DNA of 26,256 bases, taken from positions 1 to 26,256 of IMG/VR virus record IMGVR_UViG_3300022862_000025. The stretch is one strand, 5' to 3'. Below, one piece after another: positions 1 to 9,859 of the stretch. Source of the DNA: a virus (lineage: Duplodnaviria > Caudoviricetes). The notes under the pieces are model-generated. The model did not search any database, was not told where the DNA came from, and worked only from the letters and a program-made list of their open reading frames with translations. Positions within the stretch are counted from its first letter, which is position 1. Every line of letters begins with the position of its first letter. Made by a program: the position numbers and the translations under genes.

Positions 1-738
1 TTCAAGCCCTTCACTTCCATAACAGAACATGCGAGTTACTATTTCATCAATGTTAATATCAACATTATATGATTCTAAATATTTTCCCTTTTTTAACCGC
101 CATCCACGATTTAATCCTATTTTTTCTGGTTTATAAAATGAAACCTTTTGATTTACAGTATCAAAGTTAATAATCGCATTAAATTTTGTAGCTACGTCAA
201 ATAGACATTGTAATACAGTTGAATTATCTGTTTGATATGAACGTTTTAATGCATTTGAATTGTTAACATCAAAATCTACATCAATATAATCAATTCCCCA
301 ATCTGTCTCCTTTAAGAAATCAAATACAAGTTGACTTAATGTATATGATGTAGCTTCATATAATTTAATTAATTTGTTATTTAAAAGATAGCCAAAACTT
401 AACAAATTGTAGGAAATAACTTCTTCACTACTTGACATAGATTTATTTTGACTCATAACAACAAAATATTCAGTTGTATCTTTAAATTGGAATTCAACTA
501 AATAAAATAACTTTATTTCAGAGATGAGTGGATTTTTAATTAACTCATGATTTCTATCTACATAAGCAGGGGTAGTAAAAGAAAGTTCATTTATTGCTCC
601 TAACTTCGCATTCATCTTTAAATTATAAATGTCTTTCAATTTTCTAATCCGACTTTTATCAGGCTTGCATAAGTATATGTTTGGTGTGATTTCTTTTTGA
701 GATAATATATCGTCAATGTACAATGATAAAATATTCAT
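1..738 (-). CDS. Phage tail protein (YomG-like, Tal/tail endopeptidase-type), 3' end outside the window
   Basis: Absent from the ORF track, probably because it has no stop in the window. ATG at 738 follows an AGGAGG RBS. Both ends translate in one frame: MNILSLYIDD...IYLCKPDK...LGAINELSF at the start and DEIVTRMFCYGSEGLE at base 1. It directly follows the distal tail gene. Confidence 0.8.
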   Translation of the reverse strand, partial: MNILSLYIDDILSQKEITPNIYLCKPDKSRIRKLKDIYNLKMNAKLGAINELSFTTPAYVDRNHELIKNPLISEIKLFYLVEFQFKDTTEYFVVMSQNKSMSSSEEVISYNLLSFGYLLNNKLIKLYEATSYTLSQLVFDFLKETDWGIDYIDVDFDVNNSNALKRSYQTDNSTVLQCLFDVATKFNAIINFDTVNQKVSFYKPEKIGLNRGWRLKKGKYLESYNVDINIDEIVTRMFCYGSEGLE

Positions 739-754
739 CTATTTCCTCCTTTCA

Positions 755-1540
755 TTAGTAGTATATTGGTCTATCTTCATTTAAATATTTATACTCAAGA
801 TAAAATTCACAATCAAAATCACCTGTAAAAGTAAATGTTGAAGAAGAATTCCTATCAAAATCTAACCAAATATCATTGTGATTATTATGCAAATATCTAT
901 TAAGTGATTTTTGAAAACCACTTATAATTTCTTCGTTTTCACAATTAACCAAAATAACTTCTTTGTCATATAACCCTGTCAATTTGAATTCTTGCTTATT
1001 TTCTTCATTCTTTATTGAAATATCACCATCGCCAATTTTTGTGATTTTTAATTGTGGACGAATAGTTGCATCACCTTCATTGTAAAAATACGGTTCTGCT
1101 TTTCCTCGCACAGATACATAATGCGGTATGAGAGGGGAGTAGCTATATGGTGAATCACATCGAACATTTAAAGTTACGTGTCCATCTTGACATCCGTTAT
1201 GTATAAGCTCACTGTTACCTTCAATGATTGCATAAAATACTCGATCTAAGTTTGATTCAAAAATTAGAGGCTTATAGTAATCAGTGAACAACCACCTAGA
1301 TATGGCTCTCAAATTGTTTCTATCTTTCCAATCTTTAATGAAAAAAGACAAAGAAAAAGAGAGTGGATTATTTTCCACTCCCATGAAGTACGGTCTATCT
1401 TTTCCATTTATCTTATTTTCTCTAATTGAACGGTTTGGTAGGAAGGTTTCTTTGTATAATCCACCTCCGTCATTAATCATTACAACGCCCATATCTTCAC
1501 TAGACTCACCGTTGTATGTGAAGTTGAGAGATTGATACAT
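755..1540 (-). CDS. Distal tail protein (Dit, YomH-like)
   Basis: 261 aa immediately after the tape measure, with a TAATG stop/start overlap at 1540 and an AGGAGGT RBS. Siphophage Dit-like motifs FTYNGESSEDMGV, RCDSPYSYS and NEGDATIRP. Confidence 0.85.
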   Translation of the reverse strand: MYQSLNFTYNGESSEDMGVVMINDGGGLYKETFLPNRSIRENKINGKDRPYFMGVENNPLSFSLSFFIKDWKDRNNLRAISRWLFTDYYKPLIFESNLDRVFYAIIEGNSELIHNGCQDGHVTLNVRCDSPYSYSPLIPHYVSVRGKAEPYFYNEGDATIRPQLKITKIGDGDISIKNEENKQEFKLTGLYDKEVILVNCENEEIISGFQKSLNRYLHNNHNDIWLDFDRNSSSTFTFTGDFDCEFYLEYKYLNEDRPIYY

Positions 1541-4500
1541 TAAAACTTACCTCCTTTTTTCGTTTTTACATTATTTATAAATGATGTAGCAAATGTCTCA
1601 GCTTGATCTTTGGTAGCTTCGATAACATCACCAAATTGAATTTGATATGTGTCACCACTTTGTTGCAAGTTGGATAGGGTAGGCTGAGGAGTGAATTTAG
1701 CTAACATAGGTTTTAAACTACTCATAACTCTATCTATAACATTGATTGAGTTAAAGAATCCTTGGGTATCTACTTTATTTAGCATGATTTCATTAGGATG
1801 AGCTATAATAGCTTTACCACCTTTACCATCGATACCATTACCTGACCAATTCATGAACCCTCCAGTATCTAATGATGCAACAAATCTCAAGAAGTCTTTT
1901 TGCATTTTAGAATCTGGAATAATATTAACTTGACTTTGCATAAAGTTCTTCATTTGTCCTTTTTGATTGCCGTCCATTAGACCAACCATAGACATAAATG
2001 AAGCATCAGATGCTAAAGTAGAACCTGATGCACGACCCTGTTGAGCCATAGTATCTGCTGTAGATTTAAGTTGTTTACGCATATTTGCATCTTTAGTTTG
2101 ACCTAACATGCTTTCATTGATGTGTTTAGCCATAAGGACTTGCATTGTTCCATAAGTCAATGGATTGGTTAGTCCATGTTTATTGCTAGACTCAATTGAC
2201 CCATAATCCGAACTATTATTAGCAAAATCTCTAATGAAATCAGAATAGTTTCCACCTTCAACTCCAGAGTTTTGTTTGAAGTATTGTTTTAAAGATTCTA
2301 ATTCAGCAGGTGTTAAACCACTGATAGCACTATCAAAGCTAACATTTTTATCAATAGTGCCACCATTTTGTCTTCCAGATTTACCGATTTGGCTACCTGT
2401 ACTATGAGCTTTATTCTTGGCGTCACCAGTAAGATGTCTTGTGACATTATCTGTTAAGAATTTGCCTAGCAGTATTTGCATGTCACCTTCATTAAGATTT
2501 CCTTTAGATACTCCACCTTGACCCATTTTACTTTCATCAAAGAAGCTTCCCGGATCAAAATTGTCACCAACTTGAGCCATAGTAGAAGCAACTTGATTAA
2601 ATTCATGAACCATATTTATAGCTTCTTGTAAATGGTCTATAACATTTTGTCTAATGGTCATACCAACAGCTTGCATAGTACCATCCATAGTATCAGCTAA
2701 ATCAGGCATAGTTAATTTCATTCGTTCAATGTGGTCTTGAAATTCAGCTACTACTTTATCAAGATGTCCATTCATAATGTCTTCTCTGATTCTTGCGAAC
2801 TCTCGCTCATCATTCATTAAGTCATTATAATGTTTCTCCCAATATTGTTTCTCTCTATCGATACGATTCATTACTTCTTCGTATTGCTTATCTTCTAACT
2901 CAATCTTGCCATTCATTTCTTCTTCTTTAGATTCAAGCATATCGCTTAAACCTTGTTTTTGTAATTCAATATCACGATCATGACGTTTTTCAGCAATATC
3001 TTTGTCAATTTGGTCAAGTTGTTCTTGTAGCTTTTTACGTTTAGATTTAGCCTCATTGGAATTATCTAATGATAGGAGGTCAAATTCTGACTGCAATTTA
3101 TTACGTTCTTTCTCCATATCATCAATTTCCATATTGTAGTCACGGTCAGCTTCTTGACGGTCAATTAAACGTAATTTTTCTTCAACATTTTTACGGAATA
3201 ATTCCATTTCATCTTCAAGTTGTTTCTTACGTTTCTCATGAGCTTCTGTCTCTTTTTTAGACATTTCCTCAATTGACTTCATATGCTCATCACGAAGTTC
3301 TTGATAATATTCTTTTAAAGCAGAAATAAATTTATCAGCAATCTCATTAAGATTACTTTTCTTGCCTTCTTCAAGTTGTTTCTGATAATCTTTGAGTCCT
3401 TTTTGGGCATTGAGATAGGCAAGATGTTCTTCACGTAACATTTTCTCTACATCTTTTCGACGTTCAAGAGAGATATCATACTGTTTCAGCTCATTTGCTA
3501 ATGCATCACGAGTTTCTAGATGTTGTTTAGCAAGTTGTTCTTGATATTTAATTAGATTTTGAGTTTGTTTAATGTATTCTCCAGTACCTTGTTCAAACAT
3601 ATCTCTAATTGCTGTAGCACGATTCATTTCAAATTGAATTTCTTCTAATTTGGCATCAGAGTTAGTTTTGATAGTCATGAGAATCTCAAAGTCTTTTTCT
3701 TGGATATCAAGTTGAAGTTGTTTAATTTCTAATCGAAGATCTCTAGCTCTAGCTGTAGCATTTTCTAATGATTCACCACTAAGTTTCCCACTGTAGATTA
3801 AATTCTCAAGATAAGTTAATTCTTGACGATTTAGATTCTGAGAATCCTTTCTCATCTTATTCATTTTTTCTAATGATTGAAGGTATCTTAATGAATTAGA
3901 ATCCAATTCCTGAAGTTTTAATGCTTCATAATCTAAAGCTTTGCTGCTAAGAGCTTGTAATTCACTGTATTTATTGATTAATTGATCAACAGTTTTAACA
4001 TATGATTCTAGAATTTTATTCTGAATTTCTAGCTTAGAAGAATCTATTTCATGGTTAACTTTAGCTAATTCATTTATTTTTTGATTTAATTCATCAATAG
4101 TTTTATCTGTTAACTTACCATTTTTAATAGTATCTTCTAAGAATTTAATTTCAGCATTATTTTCTGTTTGTTTAGCGGTAAGAGCTTTAGTTTGTGCTTC
4201 AAGTTCTTTTCGATATTCCTCAGATGTATCGCTTAATCTACTTAATCGTACTTCTGAGTTTTCTAAAGTTTTATCATAGTTACTCTTACGATTTTCATAT
4301 CCTGCTAAATTAGCATCAATTAATTGACGTTTTAAGTCTTCGATATTGTTTTGTTGATTTAAAATTTCTTTATTTAAACCGTTCAAATCAGACATAGCTT
4401 GATCAATAGCTTGTTGAGAAGTATCAATACCTACTCCAGCGCCGCCATTAGTACCTTTGTATTTATTGTAGTATTGGTCTGCCGCAGATGCTCGTTTCTT

Positions 4501-7500
4501 ATTACCTGAACCACCTGAACGTTCGAAATTCTTCTCAAACTCTGTTGCATGTTGTGAAGCTGTAAGATTAGTCTTTTTTAATCCTTCTAGACTTTTCTTT
4601 TCTTTTCCTTGCATTTCTTTCCAAGCGTAGTCTAATTGTACTTCTAAGTCAGTCCATGATTTACCTACTGATTTAGCATAATCTTGTAGTCCAGTTTTAC
4701 GTCCACCTAACCATTGGAAAATACCGCTAGCACCACTTGACTTATTAACTGCTTTAGAATTAAAGTTTGATTCTTGCTTAATATTGCCCATTAATCCAGC
4801 TACGGCTTCATCACTTAAACCTTTATTCTTAAAGTAATTCCATACTACTGTTTCAGGAGTACTAGACACCGTAGTAGCATTAGATTTAGTGGAAGTTGTC
4901 GCTGTCTTATTACCACTTCTAATAGCATTGACAGTATCTAATGAGCTAACTACTTTGCCATCTGCGGTATTTTGTTCATAGTGTAAATGAGGACCCGTTG
5001 ATTTACCAGTATTACCTGATTTACCGACTTGTTGACCTGCTTCAACTTGATCTCCAACTTTTACAAGGGTATCATCTAAGTGAGCTAGGATATGCTTCAT
5101 ACCTTGATCATCTTGAACAACCACCATGTTACCGTATGACCAGTGCATTGCTTTACCATTTTTATCAGAAGTAGCTGCGCCAGATTTTATAACTTTACCA
5201 CTTACTGGAGAGTCTACACGAGAACCAGTCTTCATAGCAATATCAGTACCACGATGATTATCTGCACGTTCGCCAGGTCTAGAAGTTATCTTACCATCAT
5301 AACCATGAATCTTACCGCCTGAACCACTATTAACATTAACGTTTCCAGTTTGTTGAATTTTACCAGACTTAATTTGTTGGTCAATAGACTTAGACTGGTC
5401 TTTCATTATCTGAAGCTTTTGTTGCTCTAATGCTAATTCTTTCTCTAATGATTTGCGATAATCTTTAGAATGCTCAGATTTAGTAGCCTGAATAGCGTTT
5501 TGTTCTTCAATAGCAAGAGTAACTTCTTCTATCTTCTTTTTATACTTATCAGTAAGATAGATAGATTGTTCTGTTTCTTTGTTGTTTTCTTTCTTAGACT
5601 TGGTATTATCTTGAGTAGCTTTGCTATTTTTACCCGTTTTAGAAGATGAATCTTCTATTGCTGCTGAGAAGCTTTCAATCTTACCAATATTAGTATTCAA
5701 ACTACTACTAAGAGTATCTAATTCTGCTTTTGATGCTGCAAGATTACTCTGCATTGCTTTTTGTTGAGCAGCTAGTCCCATTTGTGCAACATCACCAGCA
5801 AGACCTGTCAATGGTAGGGAACTTATTACTGTAGCACTAGCTAATGCCAATTGGTTTGCTCTGACATACTTACTTAGCATATCGATTTCTACTTTTAGAT
5901 TTTGGATACGAGCTTTAGCTCCACTAGCAGATGCTAAAGTAGCTTGTTGTTCAGCATTTAATTTACCATCACGAGCAAGTTTGTAAGCATTTAATAGCAC
6001 TTCATTTGCATGATTTTCAGCTTCAATAGCCTTACGTTTTTCATCTGATAGAACAATAGCTTTTCCATCTTTATCTAGCAGGTCAGGGTAGACGCTAGAC
6101 ATTTCTTGCATTGTTGCTACACGTTGATCTAGAATATTTTTAATATCTTGTTCTTTAGATGTTAAATTTTCTTTAGTGTAAATATCTTGTAATTGTTGTT
6201 CAGTGTATCCTGCTAATTGATAGGAGAGTATATCGTATTTAAGAATAAGGTCGTTTAGCGAGTCAATACCTGCTTGAGATACTCCTGCCATTTGTTCGGC
6301 GGCATCTTTATAGTCTTTCATTTTAGATGCTAATTCTGAAACTGAATCAGAAGCTCCATCTGCACCGTCAGCAAACGACTCTAGAGAGTCACTTTCTTGC
6401 AATACAACTCCATTACCACCTTTTACAGTGTTCAAGAAGTTTTTATAGTTAGTGTCAAACTTATTTACTTCAGAATCAGCTACATTGTATTTAGATGCTA
6501 ACTCATTGATACCTTTTGCTGATTTATTAAATAGTTCTGCATCATCAGTATTTACTGCTTTTTGCATATCCGACATAAGCTTGCCTAATTCTGTTGAGAA
6601 TGATTTTAATTGAGCTTCATCTAAATTAGAGAAATCTAAATCATAAAGGAAAGTAGAAATAGCATTAGTTACACCTGAATCAATTTTAATGTTAGAGAAT
6701 GCATTTGATATTTCTAGAACGTTACCAACTATTTCTTGAGTAGATGCAGACATTTGCATTTCTAGCATTTGAACGTCTGTTTGCATCTTAGTTATAAGCT
6801 TAGTCTTACTTTCTACATCATATAAAGGACTTCCACTATCTCTTTCTTTTTCTAATTGAGCAATGGCATCTTTCTTTGAATCTATTTTACCTTGAGTTTT
6901 CTCGTTACTTTTTATATTTTCTTTAAATACGTCTTCAGCGTTTGCTTTTGTTTCTTCTTTTTTAAGTCTAATTAATTCTTCAGTAGCTGCAATTTCCTTT
7001 TCAATAGCAGCACTACTTTTAATATGAGCTTGACCTGTAGAATCAATATGAGATACTAGGGCAGGGAATAGGAATGCTAAGTCTTCTTGAACTTTTAGGT
7101 ATTCCTTTTCTTTATCGGCACTCCAATCTCCACTATTTTTAGCATCAGAAAGTGAGTTATACTTTGCAATTAATTCATCAACTCTGTCTTTATTGTCTGT
7201 CAATGCAGATGTATTCTTATTAGCAACTTCCTCATACTTTTCTTGTTGCTGAATGTTTTCTGACATGATGCCAGTTAATTTCTCAATTGCGAAACCTAAT
7301 CCGACAAATATTAAGCCTACGCCCGTACTTGCAAGAACGCTCTTGAAGGTTACTCCTAATGCTGCAACAGATGCTCTAAGACTAGTTATTCCAACAGTTA
7401 AACTTCGTGTAGCTACAGTAGTACTAATTGCACTTCCTACGGCAGTACCCATTCCAATAGTTAAACTTCTGAATCCTGAGTTGAGCAAGAATACAGCAGT

Positions 7501-7998
7501 ATAAGCTGCTCCGAATAGGGGAGGGAGTAATCCTATTGTTGATACTACACTATTACCACCGTCAGCCATTCCTTCTAATGCTTTAGTAACGACAACGATT
7601 CCATCATATAAAATAGTATCTCCTACTGTTTTGCTGAAGCTAGTCCATGCTGTATCTAGTCGGTTAATCCGTCCTTCAAGGGATTCGTTATATCGCTCCT
7701 GTTCTTTCATTGCTGATCCTTGAGAATTTAATGCACTTTCATTCGCACTGATGGACATAGTGTAATTATTCATGAGCGCTGCAAGTCTATTCTGTTGATA
7801 TGTCCCAGCTACATTAATGAGTACTGACTGTTGGGCTTCTGAATTCAGGGTTCCCCATTTTTTACCTAAATCATCAATAATATCTCCAACTTCACGCATA
7901 TTACCAGATGAATCTTTAATGGATACTCCTACTCCGGCCAATGCTTCTTCCGCTTTTGGTAGGGTAGCTATACGACTAAAAATTGTTTTTAAACTGTT
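1540..7998 (-). CDS. Tail tape measure protein, exon 2 (YomI/CwlP-like, with M23 peptidase and phage-tail-lysozyme domains)
   Basis: Starts NSLKTIFSRI directly after the intron terminal G at 7999. Contains hydrophobic helices, long coiled coil, M23 motifs HRGTD and HLHYE (~4960-5310) and a lysozyme-like segment GLMGNIKQES..GIFQWLGGR..FERS (~4460-4850). Spliced product is 369+2152 = 2521 aa. Confidence 0.9.
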   Translation of the reverse strand, partial: NSLKTIFSRIATLPKAEEALAGVGVSIKDSSGNMREVGDIIDDLGKKWGTLNSEAQQSVLINVAGTYQQNRLAALMNNYTMSISANESALNSQGSAMKEQERYNESLEGRINRLDTAWTSFSKTVGDTILYDGIVVVTKALEGMADGGNSVVSTIGLLPPLFGAAYTAVFLLNSGFRSLTIGMGTAVGSAISTTVATRSLTVGITSLRASVAALGVTFKSVLASTGVGLIFVGLGFAIEKLTGIMSENIQQQEKYEEVANKNTSALTDNKDRVDELIAKYNSLSDAKNSGDWSADKEKEYLKVQEDLAFLFPALVSHIDSTGQAHIKSSAAIEKEIAATEELIRLKKEETKANAEDVFKENIKSNEKTQGKIDSKKDAIAQLEKERDSGSPLYDVESKTKLITKMQTDVQMLEMQMSASTQEIVGNVLEISNAFSNIKIDSGVTNAISTFLYDLDFSNLDEAQLKSFSTELGKLMSDMQKAVNTDDAELFNKSAKGINELASKYNVADSEVNKFDTNYKNFLNTVKGGNGVVLQESDSLESFADGADGASDSVSELASKMKDYKDAAEQMAGVSQAGIDSLNDLILKYDILSYQLAGYTEQQLQDIYTKENLTSKEQDIKNILDQRVATMQEMSSVYPDLLDKDGKAIVLSDEKRKAIEAENHANEVLLNAYKLARDGKLNAEQQATLASASGAKARIQNLKVEIDMLSKYVRANQLALASATVISSLPLTGLAGDVAQMGLAAQQKAMQSNLAASKAELDTLSSSLNTNIGKIESFSAAIEDSSSKTGKNSKATQDNTKSKKENNKETEQSIYLTDKYKKKIEEVTLAIEEQNAIQATKSEHSKDYRKSLEKELALEQQKLQIMKDQSKSIDQQIKSGKIQQTGNVNVNSGSGGKIHGYDGKITSRPGERADNHRGTDIAMKTGSRVDSPVSGKVIKSGAATSDKNGKAMHWSYGNMVVVQDDQGMKHILAHLDDTLVKVGDQVEAGQQVGKSGNTGKSTGPHLHYEQNTADGKVVSSLDTVNAIRSGNKTATTSTKSNATTVSSTPETVVWNYFKNKGLSDEAVAGLMGNIKQESNFNSKAVNKSSGASGIFQWLGGRKTGLQDYAKSVGKSWTDLEVQLDYAWKEMQGKEKKSLEGLKKTNLTASQHATEFEKNFERSGGSGNKKRASAADQYYNKYKGTNGGAGVGIDTSQQAIDQAMSDLNGLNKEILNQQNNIEDLKRQLIDANLAGYENRKSNYDKTLENSEVRLSRLSDTSEEYRKELEAQTKALTAKQTENNAEIKFLEDTIKNGKLTDKTIDELNQKINELAKVNHEIDSSKLEIQNKILESYVKTVDQLINKYSELQALSSKALDYEALKLQELDSNSLRYLQSLEKMNKMRKDSQNLNRQELTYLENLIYSGKLSGESLENATARARDLRLEIKQLQLDIQEKDFEILMTIKTNSDAKLEEIQFEMNRATAIRDMFEQGTGEYIKQTQNLIKYQEQLAKQHLETRDALANELKQYDISLERRKDVEKMLREEHLAYLNAQKGLKDYQKQLEEGKKSNLNEIADKFISALKEYYQELRDEHMKSIEEMSKKETEAHEKRKKQLEDEMELFRKNVEEKLRLIDRQEADRDYNMEIDDMEKERNKLQSEFDLLSLDNSNEAKSKRKKLQEQLDQIDKDIAEKRHDRDIELQKQGLSDMLESKEEEMNGKIELEDKQYEEVMNRIDREKQYWEKHYNDLMNDEREFARIREDIMNGHLDKVVAEFQDHIERMKLTMPDLADTMDGTMQAVGMTIRQNVIDHLQEAINMVHEFNQVASTMAQVGDNFDPGSFFDESKMGQGGVSKGNLNEGDMQILLGKFLTDNVTRHLTGDAKNKAHSTGSQIGKSGRQNGGTIDKNVSFDSAISGLTPAELESLKQYFKQNSGVEGGNYSDFIRDFANNSSDYGSIESSNKHGLTNPLTYGTMQVLMAKHINESMLGQTKDANMRKQLKSTADTMAQQGRASGSTLASDASFMSMVGLMDGNQKGQMKNFMQSQVNIIPDSKMQKDFLRFVASLDTGGFMNWSGNGIDGKGGKAIIAHPNEIMLNKVDTQGFFNSINVIDRVMSSLKPMLAKFTPQPTLSNLQQSGDTYQIQFGDVIEATKDQAETFATSFINNVKTKKGGKF

Positions 7999-8180
7999 CA
8001 CTCTGTTACTTTCATCCAACAATTAAGGATTACTGACTAATCTAATTTAGATTAGCGGAAAAGGTACTTCTTTAAAGTGTCTTTACACTTGACCTTCTCT
8101 CTATACCTTTACACATACGTATAGATCAGACTGTATCATTAACTCATAATCCACCTTTAATCACATTCCACTGTTTAATA
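7999..8180 (-). ncRNA. Group I intron 3' core (3' strands of P8 and P7, P9 domain, omega-G)
   Basis: P8 3' strand AUUAUGAGUUA (8140-8150). S-like element UGAUACAGUC containing P7 CAGUC (8129-8133). P9 hairpins UCUAUAC/GUAUAGA, AAGUGU-AAAG-ACACUU and CUAAUCUA/UAGAUUAG. Terminal G at 7999. Confidence 0.88.
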
Positions 8181-8190
8181 AGGTGAAGTA

Positions 8191-8220
8191 ATAAAAAAGA
8201 GTAGGGAATTAATCCTACTC
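8191..8220 (-). terminator. Intrinsic terminator after the homing endonuclease gene, inside the intron
   Basis: GAGTAGG-ATTAATTC-CCTACTC followed by TTTTTTAT. The stem overlaps the TGA stop. Confidence 0.75.
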
Positions 8221-9682
8221 ATGATAATTTGCCGTATTTTTGTTCATATTCTTCAAGATACATCCAGTAATATCCTTTAAGTATACTCTCATTACCTTCG
8301 CATCTATCCTTAATGTATCTACCTGTTCCTCTATTATTGTAAACTTCTATCCCAGCTTTACTCATAGAATGGTATACCCTTATAAAACAATAACTTTCGT
8401 CCATTTGTACTATCGATTTAGACTTTTTATTATTTATCGCAACTCTCTCATTCATTGAATCTTTATTATATGAGCATAGTTTCAAACGTTGTCCGATTTT
8501 CAAATACTTAGTTATAGTAGCAGTACTTAATTTAAACATGTTTGATAATTCCGCATTGCCAAAAGTAGGGTTTTCATCAAAAGCTTTACAGACAAAAATA
8601 ATCATTGACGATAATGACTTTTTCTCTATTTCTTTCCAATCAACATTACATAACTTCAACTTTTCTAACAATCCCAATTCTCTTATTCTATTTGATAAAA
8701 CATCTATATTTCTATCTGAAACTTCTATGTTATAATAATGTTCAATTCCATTTTCTCTAGCTAGTTGTTCTTTTAATCTGTCGTTCTCTTGTTCTTCGTC
8801 TAAGGTTCTGTGGCTTAATGTCTCAAAAGTCCTTTTGTAATGTTGCTCTCCGTTAATTTCTATAATTGTTGATATTTCATCTAATATAAAATCATAACGT
8901 CTTCCTTGAGAATAATTGGTTGTTGAGTCATATTTAAAATTCACACCATTATCAGATAAAAGATTAAGCATTACTTTTTCACCAAAACTAATCCCATCAT
9001 TGCATATAGGGCAACATAAACCTTGTCTTACCACCGTTACCAATTGCTTATTTATACGATTTCCACATCCACATACGAATTCTAATTTCTGCTTTGATCC
9101 ATGAGAATATATATCTGCATCAGACTTATTTAAAAGAATATCTTTTATACGTGGGTGAGTAAATCCTACATTATTATACCCTACTAATACTCTTCTATTA
9201 CTACAATATGGACATCCATTGCCATTTTTCCTATCACCAACCATTGCATCATAATAATGTCCTTTGTCACATACCCACCAAAATTTTTGTTTTTCACTAG
9301 AAGGAGTGACATCATAAGGAGTTAAATGACCATTCAATGTAGGATGCCATTCCTTTATTAATTGTGGGTACAGTATTCCTAGATTGTAATGTTCTGATGC
9401 TACTTTTCCTATACACACCTTGCAACCATGACCATTTACTTTATTTTTAATAAATTGTGGTACAATGTTTCCGCATTCCATACATTTGAAGAACACTTTC
9501 TTACCACTTCCATAACTTACTTTATATATATCATCATTAACATTCTGAGTAAAATCCCAAACTTCCCATAAATCTGGGCGGTGTTTCAACATAGCGTTGT
9601 CTTTCAACTTATCCACCATGCTCCAATCTAATTCTTTGCCAGTTTGAAAATTTATGTATTTATTCTCTTTAGCTTCACACAT
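8219..9682 (-). CDS. Intron-encoded putative homing endonuclease (zinc-ribbon repeats, Vsr-like/EDxHD-type nuclease, NUMOD1-like C-terminus)
   Basis: 487 aa with an AGGAGGT RBS. Three zinc-ribbon-like repeats (e.g. EWHPTLNG.LTP.DV...WWVCDKGH...GCPYC). Nuclease motifs SFGEK, YDF, EINGEQH and NDRLK. C-terminal IVQMD...YHSMSKAG...KGYYWMY resembles NUMOD1. Confidence 0.8.
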   Translation of the reverse strand: MCEAKENKYINFQTGKELDWSMVDKLKDNAMLKHRPDLWEVWDFTQNVNDDIYKVSYGSGKKVFFKCMECGNIVPQFIKNKVNGHGCKVCIGKVASEHYNLGILYPQLIKEWHPTLNGHLTPYDVTPSSEKQKFWWVCDKGHYYDAMVGDRKNGNGCPYCSNRRVLVGYNNVGFTHPRIKDILLNKSDADIYSHGSKQKLEFVCGCGNRINKQLVTVVRQGLCCPICNDGISFGEKVMLNLLSDNGVNFKYDSTTNYSQGRRYDFILDEISTIIEINGEQHYKRTFETLSHRTLDEEQENDRLKEQLARENGIEHYYNIEVSDRNIDVLSNRIRELGLLEKLKLCNVDWKEIEKKSLSSMIIFVCKAFDENPTFGNAELSNMFKLSTATITKYLKIGQRLKLCSYNKDSMNERVAINNKKSKSIVQMDESYCFIRVYHSMSKAGIEVYNNRGTGRYIKDRCEGNESILKGYYWMYLEEYEQKYGKLS

Positions 9683-9686
9683 TATT

Positions 9687-9794
9687 AATTACCTCCTACA
9701 GTAATTTCATATTTCCTAAATATAATTAAATAGGGAAGTAAAGTTAGGATGCTTTACTTGTCAATAAGGTTTGCAATTCCTTGTCTATCCCTAT
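9687..9794 (-). promoter_or_regulatory. Structured 5' leader of the endonuclease mRNA
   Basis: Closing stem AUAGGGA/UCCCUAU encloses hairpins AAGG-AAUUGCAAA-CCUU and AAGUAAAG-CAUCCUAA-CUUUACUU. A further hairpin AAUUAC/GUAAUU surrounds the SD. Confidence 0.55.
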
Positions 9795-9800
9795 ATTTAA

Positions 9801-9829
9801 ATATTACCATATTAATAATCTTATTACAA
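9801..9829 (-). promoter_or_regulatory. SigA-type promoter for the endonuclease gene
   Basis: TTGTAA, 17 nt spacer, TAATAT with a TGn extended -10, just upstream of a structured leader. Confidence 0.6.
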
Positions 9830-9859
9830 CTTAATATTATTTATTTTATGTATTTATTA

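Noticed and set aside
7999-8022. Track start of the 2160-aa ORF (MLDESNRV)
   Set aside because: These codons are intron sequence with no good RBS; exon 2 begins at 7998.
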